Part shown: positions 42,870-44,656 of the stretch, piece by piece
How positions within the stretch are numbered: the first letter of the stretch is position 1
Layout of the letters: every line of letters starts with the position of its first letter
Origin: a virus
Lineage: Duplodnaviria > Heunggongvirae > Uroviricota > Caudoviricetes
Strand: one strand, 5' to 3'
IMG/VR virus record: IMGVR_UViG_3300045988_024106
Length of the DNA: 44,656 nucleotides
Notes under the pieces: generated by a model
The model's database searches: none
What the model was told of the DNA's origin: nothing
What the model saw: only the letters and a program-made list of their open reading frames with translations
Program-made: the position numbers and the translations under genes

Positions 42870-43061
42870 ATGTCAAGTTTACCAGTTTCCTTAATTCTGT
42901 TTGCACTGCTCGCTTATTTCGCGCCTTTCCTGGTTGCGTACTTCCGTAACCATAAAGCGAAGTTGGCAATATTCATGGCCAATCTGTTTCTTGGCTGGAT
43001 TCTGCTGCCGTGGGTATTTATCTTAATCTGGGCGTGCAACTCGAATGTTAACGAGAAGTGA
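42870..43061 (+). CDS. Superinfection immunity protein (Imm_superinfect-like small membrane protein)
   Basis: 63 aa from ATG at 42870 (RBS GAAGGGG); AYFAPFLVAYFRNHKAKLAIFMANLFLGWILLPWVFILIWA matches the family pattern (..RNHK...IF.LNL.LGW...W..ALIWA). Confidence 0.6.
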   Translation: MSSLPVSLILFALLAYFAPFLVAYFRNHKAKLAIFMANLFLGWILLPWVFILIWACNSNVNEK

Positions 43062-43098
43062 GCTAGTATAGGACAAATCCTAAACACGAGGAATAAGC

Positions 43099-44229
43099 AT
43101 GGCCCGGAAGAAAATAACCGACGAACAGTTGCAGGAAGAATTGAACGCCGGCATGAAGAATATCGACATCGCCCGTAAATACGGCATATCAGACCGCGTT
43201 ATTCGTATTCGTAAAGCGAAGCTGGCTAAGAAAGGCGTAGGCCACGGGCGTGACGTTAGCCACCTTGTGCCAGACGGCTACAAGATTAAAGGCACGTCGT
43301 CACTTGTGGACGAGTTCGGCAACACTAAGTTGCAATGGGTTAAGACCGATACTGACGCCGAACGTCAGATAGAGTTGATGAAAGCCGTAATCGAAGGCAT
43401 GAAGTCAGAGATTACACCCGTTGCACCTGTTAAAGCCGTTCGCGCTAAACGCGACGACAAGCTACTCAATCTTTACACGGTATCTGATTTCCATCTCGGT
43501 ATGCTGGCATGGGCCGACGAGAGCGGCGACGACTGGGACATGAAGATTGCGGAAGACCTGTTCTCCCGCTGGTTCGATGCGGCGTTTCAGAAAGCACCGG
43601 ATGCGGGAACAGGGGTTATTAACCTGCTTGGTGATTTCGCGCACTTCGATAGTCTGGATGCCGTTACGCCAGCGAGCGGTCATGTTCTTGATGCGGACAC
43701 ACGCTACCAAAAGCTAGTCCGCTACATGATTCGTATGGTGCGCCGTGTTATTGATACGGCCCTCGTTAAGCATAAAAATGTTCGCTTGCTTATCGTGCAA
43801 GGGAACCACGACGAAAGCGGAATGATTTGGTTGGCTGAGATGTTCAGTACACTGTACGACAATGAGCCGCGTGTGTTCGTCGATACGTCGCCGGATGTTT
43901 ACAAGATGGTGCAACACGGCAAAACTACACTGTTCTTTCACCACGGGCATAAGGCGCGATTCGACGCTATCGAACCGGTAATGATTGCTAAGTTCCGCAA
44001 AGCGTTCGGAGAGAGTGTTTACAGCTACGCCCACGTAGGCCACCTGCACCATCAGAAGATTGTAGAAAGCCGTAACATGATTGTTGAGCAACACCGAACC
44101 TTAGCGGCTAAAGACGCCTATGCCTCACGCGGCGGTTGGATGTCAGGGCGCAGTGCAAATGTAATTACTTATAGCGCCGAATATGGTGAGGTTGCACGTT
44201 TAACTATTTCACCGGAGATGCTGGGATGA
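43099..44229 (+). CDS. HTH-domain / calcineurin-like metallophosphoesterase fusion protein
   Basis: 376 aa; N-terminal HTH-like NIDIARKYGISDRVIRIRK; phosphoesterase motifs D-x-H (VSDFHLG), GD (LLGDFAHFD), GNHD/E (VQGNHDE), HHGH and GHLHH. Confidence 0.65.
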   Translation: MARKKITDEQLQEELNAGMKNIDIARKYGISDRVIRIRKAKLAKKGVGHGRDVSHLVPDGYKIKGTSSLVDEFGNTKLQWVKTDTDAERQIELMKAVIEGMKSEITPVAPVKAVRAKRDDKLLNLYTVSDFHLGMLAWADESGDDWDMKIAEDLFSRWFDAAFQKAPDAGTGVINLLGDFAHFDSLDAVTPASGHVLDADTRYQKLVRYMIRMVRRVIDTALVKHKNVRLLIVQGNHDESGMIWLAEMFSTLYDNEPRVFVDTSPDVYKMVQHGKTTLFFHHGHKARFDAIEPVMIAKFRKAFGESVYSYAHVGHLHHQKIVESRNMIVEQHRTLAAKDAYASRGGWMSGRSANVITYSAEYGEVARLTISPEMLG

Positions 44230-44426
44230 AAGACATGTATGAATGCACCGATGTGAGTCCGTACGCGGAGAAAAATGGATTCGAAGTAGGTGCTGTATAT
44301 GAAGGGGTCACCCTAGAGAATGGCGATGTAAGAATGTATTCGCCTAAATATCGCAGCTTCTTTGAAATAGGCAACATTAACGAGTCAGGCATAGCCAGAT
44401 TTAAGAGAGTTAACAGTGACAAATAA
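44226..44426 (+). CDS. Hypothetical protein
   Basis: 66-aa ORF; ATGA overlap with the upstream stop. Confidence 0.4.
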   Translation: MKDMYECTDVSPYAEKNGFEVGAVYEGVTLENGDVRMYSPKYRSFFEIGNINESGIARFKRVNSDK

Positions 44427-44646
44427 ATACAACCGCACAATGACAAACACTCACGGCAGCACTATGACAGTAGACGTTTATGACGTGCTACGTGCTTTCG
44501 ACATCCGCGACCCGGCGTTACAGCACGCATTGAAGAAGCTATTGTGTATGGGCCTTCGCGGGCACAAAGATACGGAAACCGACTTAGCGGAAGCAATTGA
44601 AAGCCTGGAGAAGTTACGGGAGTACCGAAGTAATATTGATGAGTAA
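44416..44646 (+). CDS. Hypothetical protein (runs into the terminal duplication)
   Basis: 76-aa ORF (GTG at 44416; alternative ATG at 44440); 3' end lies in the 85-bp repeat and is followed by terminator 76-108. Confidence 0.4.
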   Translation: MTNKYNRTMTNTHGSTMTVDVYDVLRAFDIRDPALQHALKKLLCMGLRGHKDTETDLAEAIESLEKLREYRSNIDE

Positions 44647-44656
44647 GAAAAAAAAG
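44572..44656. repeat. 85-bp terminal duplication (copy of 1-85)
   Basis: Exact identity with window positions 1-85. Confidence 0.9.

Noticed and set aside
1-44656. CRISPR arrays, tRNA/tmRNA genes, integrase or attachment site
   Set aside because: No regularly spaced direct repeats with unique spacers and no tRNA-like cloverleaf or T-loop motifs were noticed on reading; no ORF resembles a tyrosine or serine recombinase. The XRE and AlpA-like HTH proteins alone are not evidence of a lysogeny module.

Overview
The window is a complete, circularly permuted genome of about 44.57 kb from a siphovirus-type tailed phage with enterobacterial-style signals; the first 85 bp exactly repeat the last 85 bp. 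All calls are by eye from the sequence and ORF track; no database search or computation was run. Layout: (1) a minus-strand block running 20043->106 with small early genes, a holin/endolysin cassette (16485->15446), then terminase, portal, head morphogenesis, Rz/Rz1 spanins, scaffold, major capsid, connector proteins and major tail protein; (2) a plus-strand regulatory/replication block 20503->33711 (AlpA-like HTH, primase-helicase, divergent XRE regulator, HNH-AP2 endonuclease, DUF2800 exonuclease, DUF2815, family-A DNA polymerase, VRR-NUC, C5-cytosine methyltransferase, SNF2 helicase, Toprim protein); (3) a minus-strand tail block 42702->33740 (G/T chaperones, tape measure, M/L/K-like proteins, I/J-like tip protein, tail fibre). 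Plus-strand morons with their own promoter boxes and terminators sit inside the late region (7300-7821, 9456-9671, 42870-44646). No tRNA, CRISPR array or integrase was recognised. Most notable: a truncated beta-sliding-clamp homologue encoded as a moron; a methyltransferase whose target-recognition segment sits in a different frame between two compensating frameshifts; a recurring promoter/operator box at eight or more sites; two paralogous ~145-bp structured intergenic elements; and an HTH-metallophosphoesterase/Imm moron island.
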